Shown here: positions 10,701 through 17,816 of the stretch, one piece after another
How the letters are laid out: each line of letters opens with the position of its first letter
How positions within the stretch are numbered: the stretch's first letter is position 1
Assembly: GCA_038213805.1 (NCBI GenBank)
Contig: JBBQSO010000042.1
Location: forward strand, 1-45,092
Direction of reading: 5' to 3'
Length of the DNA stretch: 45,092 nt
DNA from: Planctomycetota bacterium
GTDB lineage: Bacteria > Planctomycetota > UBA11346
The notes under the pieces: model-generated
Seen by the model: the letters and a program-made list of their open reading frames with translations, nothing else
What the model was told of the DNA's origin: nothing
The model's database searches: none
Translations under genes and position numbers: made by a program

Positions 10701-10922
10701 GAGCAGGCCCACGACTTCGAAGCGCGCGTGACCATCCGGCACACCGTCGAGCGGCGTGCCGGGGAGCCCGCTGGGCGGGTGCGGCGCGACCGGCGCGGCG
10801 CCGCCCGGCGTCTGTGTGGCGAGCCGCCGCGTACCCTCGGCCGAGAAGTCTACGTCCGGGATGGTGCGGCCCAGGGTCAGGTGTTCTGAAGGCGCTGCCG
10901 ATGGCCCAGGATCCGGGTGCAT
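7725..10922 (-). CDS. Transmembrane Ser/Thr protein kinase with ConA/LamG-like beta-sandwich and TPR-like repeats, ~1065 aa
   Basis: LGAGGSGEV, VAVK, FVEEAR, HPNV, HGDIKPAN, DWG, GTPLYMSPE, SDVYCLG. TM segment ALWGVALLVALAVPLLLLF. Beta-rich domain ending GGYIGLYGY...FSDVSLY, then helical repeats (ARFREGLCWFRMERYDQAF; ARVLIALGRYQEAL). Start moved to MHPDP because of the promoter position. Confidence 0.9.
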   Translation of the reverse strand: MHPDPGPSAAPSEHLTLGRTIPDVDFSAEGTRRLATQTPGGAAPVAPHPPSGLPGTPLDGVPDGHARFEVVGLLGAGGSGEVFSVRDRNLDRLVAVKLLGAGDGPDPEAERGFVEEARLTAVLRHPNVLPVHDLDRSADGRLFFTMSHVEGRALDDILVASRLDARDGRLASSNAIVTAFIAVSQAISFAHNRRILHGDIKPANIMLGDFGEVLVLDWGAAARLDADGRASAKMYGTPLYMSPEQARREGAGVVSDVYCLGATLFHALLLRVPLWRDDLDEFWERKRSGEIDAPTPAERAAVPAPLLAIALKALAPDPAARYPDMGALIRDLEAYQTGLAVSAHRYPLHETAARWLRRHARTALWGVALLVALAVPLLLLFGERLKEIATWGAPILTETFADEGWRARWLVRDGAFAPQGGRLVSTSKYEALVLYRARCAGDTAIEFTGEVLPGSPLCDLSVCWSRDADLEGARTTRIDDLYKLQVGAYDNSYSAIILPDERQVALSPFRLQHGRRYRIRAEIVDSTLRLLVDGRQILSYTDPFPFAGGYIGLYGYYRGKAFSDVSLYALGLPQRLPATVIGDVLAQQRSFAPAAGQYARVSASFPGSGLGREARFREGLCWFRMERYDQAFATWQPLAGTEFDDRVFLQRIDRAFAAGDHPAVLAGLDALARRPDQEVRAQAAVRWATYVYQVRTIPAANQRRELLEAYLRTYDAGLRDIDLAERAAAECFKSVGRPQEILNRFPANRNCCVQALAQLGRWVEIARDYPDQLAVWTEASLRIGEFAALARCSDHDQRAMGLAMLGRGEEALAEGDLEPDVHARVLIALGRYQEALEVPGVGGHWVAVAQIGLGRAQREPPVRVQGLHLLALDQPRALLERCDRGSVDGWGARLLLDLDGRAVGAAPAGPPETPGLIYSFDHVTLSFAGGFMAPFIADLGGGSAPPARPDALTSSCAAIIAGFRWADAQRPWYAARFLTGACSADEFLAQPDQLSVRAWLLALTGMRAERADQPAAAHAAYTAYLALPPQRHGFDPDPIMDRFVAWRAALLAAPSHLPPPAELVH

Positions 10923-10927
10923 CGTCA

Positions 10928-10956
10928 AGTATAGCATGGGGATGCGTTCCGGGCAA
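10928..10956 (-). promoter_or_regulatory. Sigma70-type promoter TTGCCC-N17-TATACT upstream of the kinase
   Basis: Near-consensus -35 (10951-10956) and -10 (10928-10933) with exact 17 nt spacing in a very GC-rich context. Confidence 0.6.
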
Positions 10957-11049
10957 ACCCGCTACGCACGAGTTGGGCGTGGGCGTGGCGGGAAGTCGGA
11001 AACGAGGCGTGGGAAGCGGCTTCCGGACTCGCCGGTAGCAACGCCGTCC

Positions 11050-13353
11050 TCAGGGCGTCGCGACCACCGCTGTGGCCAGCAGCGCGGCGAATGCATCGGG
11101 GCCGATGCCGAGCGGCTGCAGGTAGAGCGGCGCCCCACTGAGCGCCAGGCGCAGATCGGCGCCCTCGCTGGTCGCCGCCGCCGCCGGATTGCCGAGCACG
11201 TCGAGCACGCGGATGCGCTTGGCACCGCCCGGGATGCGCAACGGCGCGGGGCTGCCATCGTCAGCAAACGACCAGGCGGCGGCGATGGCGCTCGCGCCGC
11301 TGGTAAAGACGTAGAGCTTGCGCGTATCGCCCACCGCGACCTCGGCGCGCGGCTTCGCCCCGGTGAACAGCCACGCCAGGGTGTTGTAGACCACGAAGCC
11401 GGTCGAGGGGTCCATGCCCACGGTCAGGTGGCTGTTCACCGCCCACGACGCGGGCGCGAACAGGCTGAAGTAATTCATGTCGGGGACGGTGAAGGAACGG
11501 CCCAGGCCGGTGGCGAGATCGATGAGCCAGCGCCGCGCCAGGGTCTCGCCGCGCACCTTGCGGCCCAGGTAGTTGTCGTCCTCGCCCGGGGCGCCGGGCT
11601 TGCAGACGTGGAACATCTCGGTGTTCCACAGCGCCTTGCCGCGGCCGCCGGCCTGGTCGACGTAGGTGCGCACGCGCGCGTTCATCGCCATCGCCGAGAG
11701 CGGCGCCGACCAGTCAAGGCGTGCGCCATAGGGATGGAAGCTGACCACGTCGCAGAGCGGCAGGGCCCCCGCCTTGAGGCAGCCGTCGAGGTAGTCGAAT
11801 GCGTCGCGGCCGTGGTCCTGGCTGGTGCAGAAGGCCACCACGGTGATCGCCGGGTCGATGCGCTTCAGCGCCGCCGAGGCGCTGGCGAGGTAGTCGCGGT
11901 AGACTTCGGGCGTGATGTACATGTTCGGCTCGTTCAGCACCTCGTAGGTGGTGATCACGCCACGGTAGCGCCGGGCGATGGCTTCGACGTAGCGCACCCA
12001 GCGGTCCTGGGCCGGCAGCAGCACCTGCTGATGCGGGTCCATGGTGCGCGGCTGCAGACGGCTGCCGGGCGCGCTGCGCAGCCACGCGGGCGGGTCGCGG
12101 CTGTTGTCGAGGATGAAGTCATCGCCCAGCACCGGCATCACGCGCATGCCGCGCTCACGCGCCTTCTGCACCAGGATGTCGGGCAGGCTCCAGTCGAATT
12201 CCCCATCGCGCGGCTCGATGTTGCACCACGCGAAGTCCCAGCTGCGGATCCAGCGGTCGCCGGCCTCGGCGCGGAAGTCGAAGATGGCGTCGGCCGAGGC
12301 GGCGTACTGCAGCCACAGGCCGCGGCTCTCGCCCTCGGGCCCCATCGGCCGGCCCCCGCCCTGGGCAAGGTTGTCGCTGACCGTGAAGTCGTCGGTGAAC
12401 TGGTCGAGGCCGCGCTTGACGCTGTCGATCACCGCGAAGGCCAAGCTGGTGCGGTCGGCGACCGCACCATCCGGGCCGAGCAGCTCGGCCTGCAGGGTGA
12501 AGCGCCCGCGGCGATGCGGCGAGACGTCGGGCAGGAAGCGCTGCGCGCTGGCGCCGGCGGCGAGCGCGAGTCCGGGCAGTTCGACGATGGGCCCGTTGCT
12601 GTTCCAGAAGTCGTCGTGCACGCGGTAGCGCAGCGCGCAGGTGGCCGGCGCGACGCCGTTGTTGCGCAGCGCGATGCGCACCGGCACCGCCTCGCCGCTG
12701 GCGAGGGTGTACTGGCGCGCGCTGCCGGCGGCGAGGCCGAGCTCGAGCGGGCGGGCCGCGTCGTCGGCCGCCGGCACCGCGCGCACCTGGATGGCGTCGA
12801 GCCACAGCGGGGTGCCCTGGGGGATGCGCGCGTAGACGCCCCATACGAACTGCAGCTTGCACAGGCTGCGCACCGCCGGCACCTCGACCGGGCCGATCGT
12901 ATAGCGCTGCCAGGTGGCACCCACCGTGACGCCGCCGCCGGCTTCGCCGTACGGTCCTTCCGCGGTCTCCAGCCCTACGGACAGGTTCTGCCCCGCGCTG
13001 CCGGCGCGCGCGGCGAACGAGATCAGATAGCGCTGGTGCGGATCGACCGCGAACGGACGGGTGAAAAGCCGCACCGACCCCGCATCGGGATTGTCGAGGC
13101 GCAGGCTGACGGCGCCGTGATAGGGATTGTCCGCGTCGAACACCGGCGCGTGGTAGGGCACGTCGTGCTGGCCGGTGGTCAGATATTCGGCGCGCGTGAT
13201 GCCGTAACCATCGAAGCCGACCTCGAAGCTGGAGTTGCGCACCAGGTTGGGGCAGGGTGACGGTTCGCCTTCGCCGAAGGTAGCGGCATGGATGGAGGAG
13301 GAGGAGCACAAGAACGCCGCGCTGAGGGCGAGGAGCAGGCGGGCGGACATCAT
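11050..13353 (-). CDS. Secreted clan GH-A glycoside hydrolase (GH39/GH5/GH42-like barrel) with N-terminal CBM4/9-like domain, ~767 aa
   Basis: Signal peptide MMSARLLLALSAAFLCSSSSIHA. CBM-like NLVRNSSFE...LWLDAIQV. Barrel motifs WCNIEPRDGEFDWS, YEVLNEPN (acid/base), DVVSFHPY, LWNTE (nucleophile). Confidence 0.8.
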   Translation of the reverse strand: MMSARLLLALSAAFLCSSSSIHAATFGEGEPSPCPNLVRNSSFEVGFDGYGITRAEYLTTGQHDVPYHAPVFDADNPYHGAVSLRLDNPDAGSVRLFTRPFAVDPHQRYLISFAARAGSAGQNLSVGLETAEGPYGEAGGGVTVGATWQRYTIGPVEVPAVRSLCKLQFVWGVYARIPQGTPLWLDAIQVRAVPAADDAARPLELGLAAGSARQYTLASGEAVPVRIALRNNGVAPATCALRYRVHDDFWNSNGPIVELPGLALAAGASAQRFLPDVSPHRRGRFTLQAELLGPDGAVADRTSLAFAVIDSVKRGLDQFTDDFTVSDNLAQGGGRPMGPEGESRGLWLQYAASADAIFDFRAEAGDRWIRSWDFAWCNIEPRDGEFDWSLPDILVQKARERGMRVMPVLGDDFILDNSRDPPAWLRSAPGSRLQPRTMDPHQQVLLPAQDRWVRYVEAIARRYRGVITTYEVLNEPNMYITPEVYRDYLASASAALKRIDPAITVVAFCTSQDHGRDAFDYLDGCLKAGALPLCDVVSFHPYGARLDWSAPLSAMAMNARVRTYVDQAGGRGKALWNTEMFHVCKPGAPGEDDNYLGRKVRGETLARRWLIDLATGLGRSFTVPDMNYFSLFAPASWAVNSHLTVGMDPSTGFVVYNTLAWLFTGAKPRAEVAVGDTRKLYVFTSGASAIAAAWSFADDGSPAPLRIPGGAKRIRVLDVLGNPAAAATSEGADLRLALSGAPLYLQPLGIGPDAFAALLATAVVATP

Positions 13354-13410
13354 GCTGGTCTCCAGGGCGCGGAACGGCCGGCGTGAGGTGCGGGCGCCGG
13401 ACAGTCTACA

Positions 13411-13438
13411 ATGACGCGGACGTTCGCGCGCCGTTGCC
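13411..13438 (-). promoter_or_regulatory. Candidate ECF-sigma promoter GGCAAC-N16-CGTCAT
   Basis: Matches the general ECF AAC-N16-CGTC pattern, ~58 nt upstream of the hydrolase start. Confidence 0.5.
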
Positions 13439-13595
13439 GTGGATTTCCGCCCGGAATGGTGGAACTCGTGAGATCGTCCATGGGAAACGGTGGAGGCATG
13501 ACGGTGCGCGCGGGAATGGGTGCCGTGCGGCACGGCGGGCCTCGGTCGCAAGCCCGTCTGGATTCCCGCACGACCGCAGGGGCCAATCCTGGGAC

Positions 13596-13827
13596 CGCGA
13601 TTCCTACGTCGTGCGATCCGCAAACAGAGCGCCGCTCATCACACCGGCTCCAGCGCCAAGACCACCGGTGTCAGGAAACGGGACGAACGCGTGGGTCTTT
13701 CCCGGGACCGCACGCCGCTGGCGCGCATCTGCTGGAGAGCGCGTTCGCGGCGCGCGGTCCCAGGAAGGTCCCGGACGCTGTTATCGCGGTTCCTACGTCG
13801 TGCGATCCGCAGACAGAGCCCCCCTCA
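13596..13827. repeat. 43 bp direct repeat pair flanking a strong hairpin
   Basis: 13596-13638 (cgcgattcctacgtcgtgcgatccgcaaacagagcgccgctca) vs 13785-13827 (cgcggttcctacgtcgtgcgatccgcagacagagccccctca-like), 4 mismatches. A 22 bp stem forms between 13697-13718 and 13747-13768. Confidence 0.8.
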
Positions 13828-15129
13828 CCCCATCTCCAACCCCCGCATCGTCCCCTTCCCGCTCGCAAAGGTGTCCGTCGCCACCCCCATGCGCTGCAGC
13901 AGCGCGACGTACAGGTTGGTGAGCGGGTAGTTGTGCGCCCGGTCGAAGGCCAGGTGCCCGGCGTGCTTGAACCCGCCACCGGCGAGCAGCACCGGCAGGT
14001 TGTCGTTGGCGTGCGAATTCGCGCTGCCCATGTTGGTACCGTAGAGCACCGCGGTCTGGTCGAGCAGCGTGCGCCCGCCCTGCGCCGTGGCGCGCAGGCC
14101 GTCGAGGAAGGTCGCCAGCTCGGTGAACTGCGCGGCCTCGACGCGCGCCAGTTCGGCGAGCACGGCGGGGCGGCCGCCGTGGTGGGTGATCTCGTGGATC
14201 ATCGAGCTCACGCCGGGAATCTCCTTCGGCGTCACCGAGCCGGAATTGCAGGCCACCGTCACCACGCGCGTGGAGTCGCTGGCCAGCGCCAGCCGCACCA
14301 GGGCAAGCATGCTGCGTGTCTGGGTGATCAGGCGCTGGGTGTCGCGCTGGTCCTCGGGTTTGGGCTGGCCGGGGTCGGGCTTGGCGCGGTCGACCCAGCC
14401 ATCCGCGCCCGCCAGATCGCGCTCCAGGTCGCGGATGGCGGAGAAATACTGGTCGAGCTCGCGGCGGTCGCCGGCGCCGACGCTGCGTTCCAGCTCCTTG
14501 GTGCGCGCGCGCAGGCTGTCAAGCAGGCTGCGGTCGGCGCTGATGCGCGCGTGCGCGGCGACGCGCGCCTCCGGCGAGTCGGCGATGAACAGGCGCTCAT
14601 AAAGCTGCACCGGGCTACGTAGCGGCGGGATCATCGCGCCGCTGCGGGTGTACGAGATGCTCATCTCCTCGGCGCCGACCATCAGCGTCAGCGACGGGAA
14701 GCGCGTCGCCGCGCCGACCTGTTCGGCCAGCACCTGGTCGAGCGAGACGCTGTTGTGGAACGAGGCGCGGCTGGCGCCGGGCGCGCCGGTCAGGAAGGAG
14801 CGCTCGGAGGCGTGGCCGCCGTCGACGCCCGGCAGCGAGACGCCGGACAGCACCGTGAAATCCTTGCGGTGCGCGGCGAGCAGCGCCAGGTAGGGCGGCG
14901 CGGTGTAGTCGCGCCCGACTTCCTTGGGGAAGAAGTTGTCCGGCAGGATGCCCATGTTGGTGAGCATGCCGACGAAGCGCCGCGGCGGCGCGGCCGCGAC
15001 CGCAGCGGCGCCGTCCCCCGCCCAGGCGACGGCCGGGACCATCGCGTCGAGCAGCGGCAGGGCGAGCAGCACGCCTGCGCCGCGCAGCAGGGTGCGGCGG
15101 TCGAGGACGCGGCGGCGGAGCGGGGTCAT
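13825..15129 (-). CDS. DUF1552 domain protein, 434 aa
   Basis: Tat-like N-terminus RRTLLRGAGVLLALPLLDAM. Family-typical SVSLDQVLA, RELDQYFSAIRDLE, ALASDSTRVVT, HEITHH, TLLDQTAVLYG, HANDNLPVLLAGG, PLTNLYVALL. GGAG RBS upstream. Confidence 0.9.
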   Translation of the reverse strand: MTPLRRRVLDRRTLLRGAGVLLALPLLDAMVPAVAWAGDGAAAVAAAPPRRFVGMLTNMGILPDNFFPKEVGRDYTAPPYLALLAAHRKDFTVLSGVSLPGVDGGHASERSFLTGAPGASRASFHNSVSLDQVLAEQVGAATRFPSLTLMVGAEEMSISYTRSGAMIPPLRSPVQLYERLFIADSPEARVAAHARISADRSLLDSLRARTKELERSVGAGDRRELDQYFSAIRDLERDLAGADGWVDRAKPDPGQPKPEDQRDTQRLITQTRSMLALVRLALASDSTRVVTVACNSGSVTPKEIPGVSSMIHEITHHGGRPAVLAELARVEAAQFTELATFLDGLRATAQGGRTLLDQTAVLYGTNMGSANSHANDNLPVLLAGGGFKHAGHLAFDRAHNYPLTNLYVALLQRMGVATDTFASGKGTMRGLEMG

Positions 15130-15145
15130 GTTCGGATCTCCGGGT

Positions 15146-17812
15146 TCATTTGTTCAGGAACAGGTCGCTCTGCACGACCTCGTGCAGCAGCGTGCGCAGG
15201 CCGTAGCCCTTGGCCTTCGCGCGCAGCAGGATGCCAGCGATGACGGCGCGGTCGGCGAAGGAGATCGGCGCACCGGTGGCATAGGTCGCAAGCTGCTCGG
15301 TGAAGGAGCGCGCCAGGCGCTCGGGGTCGGCGACCAGCAGGTCGCGCAACGCCTCGACGTCGGCGAAGGCGCGGCCATCGGCGAGGGTGCCGGCGCAGTC
15401 GACCGCGGGGCCGTCGTGGTACTCGACTAGGCGTGCGTTGACGACCTTGCGGTCCGCGTCGGCGCCGGCGCCGCCGACCGCGCGATACTGGCTGCGCCAC
15501 GCGCCGGTGACGTCGAAGCTCTCCAGCGCGAAGCCGTAGCCGTCGATCTTGGCGTGGCAGGCCTTGCAGGTGTCGTTGCGGCGGTGTTTGGCGAGCTGCT
15601 CGCGCACCGTGGTGGCGCCCTGCACGTCGGGCTCGATGGCGCCGGCGTCGGGCGGGGGCGGGTCGGGCACGATGCCGAGCAGGCGCTCGAGCACGAAGGC
15701 GCCGCGCTTGACCGGCGAGGTGGTGGTGCCGGCCGCGGTGACCTTCAACACCGCCGCCTGGGTCAGGAATCCGCCGCGGTGGCTGCCCGGCGGCAGCACC
15801 ACTTTGCGCACCTGGAAACCAGTGAGCCCCGGGCTGTCCGTCCACGGGATGCCGTAGTGGTGGGCGAGCGGCTCATTGAGCATGGCGAAGTCGGAACGCA
15901 CCAGGTTGGTCGCCGGCAGGTCGCTTTTCAGCAGCTCGGCGAGGAAGGCGCGCGATTCCAGCAGCATCGCCTCGCCCAGCCACGGCATGTACTCCGGGTA
16001 GAGCTTCTTGTCCGGCTGGGTCGCGGCGATGGCCTGCAGCGACAGCCACATGTCGAGGAAGTGCTCGACGAAGCGCGCGCAGCGCGGGTCGGCGAGCAGC
16101 CGCTCGGTCTGCGCGCGCAGCACCGCCGGCTTGAGCAGCTCGCCGCGGTCGGCCAGCGCGGACAGTTCATCGTCGGGCAGCGAGCTCCACAGCAGATAGG
16201 ACAGGCGCGTGGCCAGCGCGTGCGCGTCGAGCCGGCCCGCCGCTTCGCGGCGCAGCAGGAAGTCCGGCGCGGTGAGCACGCCACGGTAGGCGGCGAGCAT
16301 GGCGTCCTGGAAGGCGGCACCGGCCGCGAGGCGCTGCGTCACGATCGCCAGGTAGGGCGCGAGGTCGCTGCCGCCCACCGGCCGGCGGAAGGCGCGGTGC
16401 GCGAAGCGCTGCAGCAGGCGTGGCGCGTCGGTGGCCGGATCCGCGCTCGGTACATAAACCGCCGGGCGCTTCTCGCCGCGCTCGCCGTAGGGATCCTTGG
16501 GGAAGGACCAGGGATTGCCTTGCGGCCAGGTCTGCTGGACCGGCTTGGGCACGCCGCTCTGTGGCGTCCACGCCGCCACCGGCAGGTCGCCGAACAACGC
16601 GCGGTGGCTGGCCGGCGGCCATTGATCGTAGAGCGGCCCCTCGATCTCGATCCATGCGATGGCCAGGCCGGGCGCGGGCCGCGGTGGGCCGCGCAGCTTC
16701 TTCTCCTGGTCGCCGATGTCGCGGACGTTTTCGCACGACGCCAGCACCACACGCAGGTGGTCATCGGCACCGCCGGTCATGCCGCCGCCGCGCTGCACCC
16801 AGGCGGTCAGTTCCGCCACCGCCGGCGTGTTGGCGGGCACGCCGACGGTGCCGTACATTTCGTTGCGGCTATACACACCCCACGAGATCGCACCGGGGCG
16901 TGTCGCCGGCACCACCTGCTTGCCGTCCCAGCCGAAGCTGTAGGCCGAGACCCGCAGCTTGTGCCAGCCGGTGAGCACCGGGTGGATGGTGTCGAGCGAG
17001 CAGCGGTAATCGGCATCCTCGTTGCGGAACAGTCCAAGGGCGGTGGCGCGGTGGTCGCCGTCCGTGACCTGGAACGACGTCGGTGCGGTGAAATGCTCGA
17101 GCTGCTCCATCCCGGCCAAGCCGATGCCGATGCACGACTGCACCGAGAGGCCCACCCAGCCCTCGCATTCCTTGCCCTCCTTGCGGGACAGATCCCACGG
17201 GCGGTAGCGGTACGTCTGCACCGGCGGCCGCTCGGGCAGCGGGCAGAGCGCCGCGTCAAGCGCGCGGTCGACCGCCGCGAGGTAGGCCTGCAGGTGGACG
17301 GACGAGAAGTCGAGCGCGCCGGCGAGGCGGTCGAAACCGTGCGCCTTCCCATCTTCCGGCAGGGTGTCCTTGAGGCGCAGCGCCGGCATCGCCAGCAGGT
17401 CGCGCACGCTCCACTCGAACTCCTCGCGGCTGAGGCGGCGCAGCGGGCTGCGCCCCTGGCCGACGCGCCCCGCGAGCTCCGCCTTGGTCAGGCGCGCGGC
17501 GAGGCCGGCGAGCAGCGCCGCGCGCTCCGTGGCCGCGGGCTGGGTCTTCTTCGGCGGCGGCATCTCGCCGTTCGCGATGCGGTCGTGGATCTTCACCCAG
17601 CGCGCGGCGTTGTCGGGATCCTGCGGCAGCCAGGGCAGGGCTTCGAGATCGAGCCCGCCCTTGTGCGCGTCGTGGTCGTGGCAATCGCTGCAGTAGGTCT
17701 GCAGGAAGCCGTGGTCGGGGAGGTCCGCTGCGCCGGCGGCGCAGACGAGCAGGCTGAGCAGCGCAGCGAGGGCGCGGCGCACCAGACGATGATGCCGTTT
17801 GGCGTAGGACAT
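15146..17812 (-). CDS. Planctomycete cytochrome c + DUF1587/1595/1592/1588/1585 (PSD-type) protein, ~888 aa
   Basis: Signal peptide. YCSDCH...GEMPP, LRRLSREEF, FAHRAFRRP, LATRLSYLLWSSLPDDEL, RGGFLTQAAVL, TSPVKRGAFV, CKACHAKIDGYGFALESFD, LATYATG. Confidence 0.9.
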   Translation of the reverse strand: MSYAKRHHRLVRRALAALLSLLVCAAGAADLPDHGFLQTYCSDCHDHDAHKGGLDLEALPWLPQDPDNAARWVKIHDRIANGEMPPPKKTQPAATERAALLAGLAARLTKAELAGRVGQGRSPLRRLSREEFEWSVRDLLAMPALRLKDTLPEDGKAHGFDRLAGALDFSSVHLQAYLAAVDRALDAALCPLPERPPVQTYRYRPWDLSRKEGKECEGWVGLSVQSCIGIGLAGMEQLEHFTAPTSFQVTDGDHRATALGLFRNEDADYRCSLDTIHPVLTGWHKLRVSAYSFGWDGKQVVPATRPGAISWGVYSRNEMYGTVGVPANTPAVAELTAWVQRGGGMTGGADDHLRVVLASCENVRDIGDQEKKLRGPPRPAPGLAIAWIEIEGPLYDQWPPASHRALFGDLPVAAWTPQSGVPKPVQQTWPQGNPWSFPKDPYGERGEKRPAVYVPSADPATDAPRLLQRFAHRAFRRPVGGSDLAPYLAIVTQRLAAGAAFQDAMLAAYRGVLTAPDFLLRREAAGRLDAHALATRLSYLLWSSLPDDELSALADRGELLKPAVLRAQTERLLADPRCARFVEHFLDMWLSLQAIAATQPDKKLYPEYMPWLGEAMLLESRAFLAELLKSDLPATNLVRSDFAMLNEPLAHHYGIPWTDSPGLTGFQVRKVVLPPGSHRGGFLTQAAVLKVTAAGTTTSPVKRGAFVLERLLGIVPDPPPPDAGAIEPDVQGATTVREQLAKHRRNDTCKACHAKIDGYGFALESFDVTGAWRSQYRAVGGAGADADRKVVNARLVEYHDGPAVDCAGTLADGRAFADVEALRDLLVADPERLARSFTEQLATYATGAPISFADRAVIAGILLRAKAKGYGLRTLLHEVVQSDLFLNK

Positions 17813-17816
17813 GGTT

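Noticed and set aside
13596..13827. Possible CRISPR mini-array
   Set aside because: Only two repeats, a ~146 nt spacer and no cas genes.
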